Source: the human T2T-CHM13v2.0 reference genome, Homo sapiens. From it: DNA of 64,000 nt. The position numbers were made by a program, and so were the translations under genes. A model generated the notes under the pieces. The model did not search any database. It saw nothing but the letters and a program-made list of their open reading frames with translations, and had not been told where the DNA came from. Position 1 is the first letter of the stretch. Each line of letters opens with the position of its first letter. The stretch lies in NCBI RefSeq assembly GCF_009914755.1, contig NC_060926.1. One strand, given 5' to 3'. Of this stretch, positions 59,771 through 64,000 are shown one piece after another.

Positions 59771-61008
59771 TTAAAGAAAAAGTTGAGAACCTGCCTTAGT
59801 TGAGACAAATTCACATCACCTATGTTTTATGTTTTAGGGTCAGTACCCGGAAGCATTTTAATTCTGGGTGAACAGTCATTATAATAACGTGGTTTTATTT
59901 GATAGAAAGAAGTGATAAGGCACTCTCTTATTTCTCTTTTGTTTGCCCTGTGAATAGTACAGAAGCCTGTTAATTGGTTGATTGGATTCTAGGAGAAAAA
60001 TGAAATTCGGTATCACCGTACTTGAACCAGACAGCCGGGCGTATTAGACAGATGGCAACAGTCTCCATATTCACTTCTTCCTGGAATCTCTCATATTTTG
60101 GCAGCAATTACAATTATTTGCAAGAAATGCCATAAAATGCCAAGTTCTGAGAAAACAAAGAAGGTTTTGTTTCTTAGCTTTCTTCGTTGCTAATAACTTA
60201 AATCCTCACATTCACAACAGAAGAGGGCTCATGGAGTACATTAGGAATAATGTGCTTTGACTAGGGGTAAACATGGTAATCAGCAGCCCTTGAGAAAGAT
60301 CTGCTCGCATTCATGCGGTGAAGGGGAGCCATTAATTGTCTTTCATTCTCACAGTCAAAACTCGTTATTGGTTATGTATACCACTTTTAGTTGCGCATTT
60401 GCTATGAATTTTTTTAAACATTTTTAAACATTTTTTAAAATCCAGGCTACCTCAAACCTGTTTGTTACAGCTGCTGAATAAGTGACTTAAACTAGGTTTT
60501 TGATCTTGCTGTTCTCCTTCTGTTCAAAAGTCCCTCTTCTTCCGACTCCCCCATATTCTACCCTACTGTGAAATTTACTATAAGTAAATTTACAGATATG
60601 CTTCTGTTACACAAAAGTTTTATTTTAAACTTTATGATATTCTTTGTCTAAATGCATATGACCCCTAAAGTTGATGCTACTACTTTGTCAGATAATTATA
60701 TTTTGTGACAATTCTTATGTTACATTGGTTTGGACTTATAAAACAATGTAATATTTTATGTTTAATAATACAATATCATTTGTTTATTTTATTGTTAATA
60801 ATACAATATAGTTTGTTTCTTTGAACAAACATTTCTCTTGGGGACAAAGACCATGCTGAAAACTTTTAAATTTTTTTCTATAATGCATAATACAGAAGCT
60901 TGTATAAATAGATCAAGTGTTGCTCAAGATACACTTAATAAGTATTTTTGAAATATTTTAAGTCTTTATCATCACCAACAATATAATCAAGTAAATTATT
61001 ATTTGCTA

Positions 61009-61366
<358 letters not shown>

Positions 61367-61502
61367 GTTAAAAAGTTGTCATGTATTTAAAATTATGTAT
61401 TATAAATGATGTAAAATAGTGTACCTTTACATGTAAGAGAAATGTCTAATTTTCCGATATGTGATTTATTTAGTCTTTAAAAATTTTTAAATTGGTTTTT
61501 AG

Positions 61503-61625
61503 ATATCAATGAATGCTTGGAGGACAAGAGTGTTTGCCAGAGAGGAGACTGCATTAATACTGCAGGGTCCTATGATTGTACTTGTCCGGATGGATTTCAG
61601 CTAGATGACAATAAAACATGTCAAG
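61503..61625 (+). CDS. LTBP1: LTBP1 cbEGF exon with RGD (DINECLEDKSVCQRGDCINTAGSYDCTCPDGFQLDDNKTCQ)
   Basis: tttttag|AT, AAG|gtattt; 123 nt; RGD at 61541-61549, NKT sequon. Confidence 0.97.
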
Positions 61626-61989
61626 GTATTTCTTGCTCTTTTTTCCCCAGTCATTATTTACGTAATTCTTCAATTCTGCCATGTTGCCAGATGATAGTCT
61701 GTGGTTTTGCCATGTGATTTATATGTAAATAATTTATGTCAATTTTTGATATTAAAATAGCTGTCTTGGGTCCACATCAAGTGCAGGAAGGTGTTGCTTT
61801 GTCCAGCATAGTGTCAACTGAAACTCACACGAGTAAGAGCTGTGTCCTCACTGCGTGCTTCCGTCACCTGTACTTTACTGTTTATTCCATGCTGTAACCT
61901 TGGTACTGGGTTCTAAATTATCTTTATAGCATCTTTTATGGGCATATTTTATTTTGTCTCATAGGTGGTATTTATCTGTCCTTTTCTGA

Positions 61990-62314
<325 letters not shown>

Positions 62315-64000
62315 CACCATTGCTTTTTCTCTTCCTAAAAAGCCTCACTAATAATTTGGTCAAAATCATGAAGAAGAGGATCTTATATTTTTTCAATGTG
62401 CTGTCATGTTTAATCTTCCAAACTGTACAGTGCATGAAGGGTACTAATGAAAACACAGCAACACAACACAGGTACTAATAATAACAATCACAGCAGCTGT
62501 AACTGAGCTTCTTCAGTGTGCTGAGTACTGTAGGTATCTTGGTATCTCTTCGAATTCTTACAGCAACTTCAGAGGTAGCTTTTCTTGTATTCATTTTGTG
62601 CATGAGTAACTGAGGCTCCGAGAAGTTAGGGAGTATGCTGCTCTCTAATGAGTGGTAAAGTTGAGATTTGAACCCAGGGTCTTTTCCCACTACTCTTCCC
62701 TACATTGCCATACCAATTATTGTTACATTTATAGCCAAAAGAAAGAAGAAAGTGAAATTAAGTGATTTCTCTCACAAGGTAGCCCATTGAGTCATTTCAA
62801 CACCATAGCTAAAAAAATTAAATTCTCTAGGTTCTGTATCCCAACATTTTTAGCTATACCTGACTTGCCCCACAAGCTTTCCTCTATTTACTAGTGTTAG
62901 TAAACCCATGTTTATATTTTCCATGGAAAATTCACACTTATTTTACCTTTATATCTGTTTATTTTTGATACCCAATAAATGTTATTTTTTTCTTATTGTT
63001 TATCTACCATTATGGAACTGTGTAGTGTATCCCAAAGCATAAATAAATAAAAAAAATTGTTGGAGTTACTTTTTACCCACTATTACTGAATATGTATGAT
63101 TTTTTTAAAATTCTGGATTGCCATAAGTTATATCTCATCTCACATGTCCCAAATAACAGTCTTCTTGTAGGAGAAGATGGTATCTACTCTCTAAGATAGT
63201 GGCACTGGAATTATATATCTATATTACCGGTCACACCCAGCCATGTGTCAGAGATATGAAAAACACGGACCTTTGCCACAAGGTTTTTAAAAATTAATTC
63301 CTTTACTGATCCAAAGATTTAAATATACACCTTCCTGCACTTGATGTGTACCCAAGACAGATATTTTAAAAATCCCAAGATTTAAATATACCATGTACCT
63401 CATTTGAGATCATGTATTTATTTGCCATCCTCATGCAATAAGGTGAAATTCAATTTTTTCCAATGCAGAAATTAAATGTGCTTGGACTTAATGCAAAAGA
63501 GAAGGAATATTTGAATTATAAATATATGTGAGAATATTTCCACTTTGGGACTATTACCTTTTAACAAAATGAATCTTGATTTATATAAAAATACCAAGAG
63601 ATGGAAAAAAAAAAAAAAAGGAAACCAAACCCTGACTCTTGTTTTTATTATAGGCTTTTTGGCTTAAAAGTATATTTTCTTTTCTAATTCTTCTCGTCAC
63701 AATTTGTTTTGGCCAAATACAGGCAAAACCAAATCTTAATAAAAATGGACCAAGATTTCATATTGCATAAATTTAACTTCTAGAGTTCAGTCACACGGAA
63801 CTAATTTAGTTATCTGATTCATTAATTGCACTACTTCATTCTCTCAATATATTAAATTTGTGTCTGTGGTTTGATATCACCTCTCAAATATGTGACTACT
63901 CCAAACATAGAGAGTTTTATTGACTATCAATCATTATTAAATTGACTTCGTTCTCTGTCACATTTATTCCTATTTTCCAGAATAAGTTAATATGTCTGAA

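Noticed and set aside
60759-60822. Short AT-rich tandem duplication (also aagatttaaatatac at ~63314 and ~63377)
   Set aside because: Ordinary slippage-type local duplications with no spacer-array structure; not CRISPR-like.

Overview
Human or closely related hominid genomic DNA. It is an internal ~64 kb segment of LTBP1 (latent TGF-beta binding protein 1), transcribed on the + strand. Thirteen GT-AG coding exons splice into one continuous reading frame encoding an 8-Cys/TB domain, the proline-rich hinge (including a 23-nt microexon and a NAGNAG acceptor) and eight tandem calcium-binding EGF repeats, the last carrying RGD. The introns contain ~30 Alus, several L1 fragments, MLT2, MER52-like and MaLR LTRs, DNA-transposon MITEs (MER85, MER1, MER2-like, MER20), a 5S rRNA pseudogene and microsatellites. 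Almost all other ORFs in the supplied track are repeat-derived or chance. The most notable structures are: (1) a twin-primed L1PA2-type insertion whose single TSD pair encloses three poly(A) tracts, i.e. a serial two-step 3' transduction; (2) an 82-bp duplicate of an exon's branch-point/polypyrimidine region 2.9 kb upstream, ending at an AG|GTAATT recursive-site-like motif; (3) a coding polyproline tract that doubles as the delta-53 splice acceptor, with a possible 75-nt exitron; (4) a fold-back Alu; and (5) a MER85 carrying an internal (CA)31. I found no evidence of a wholly new multi-gene system. Repeat subfamily names come from recalled consensus sequences and repeat boundaries are approximate.
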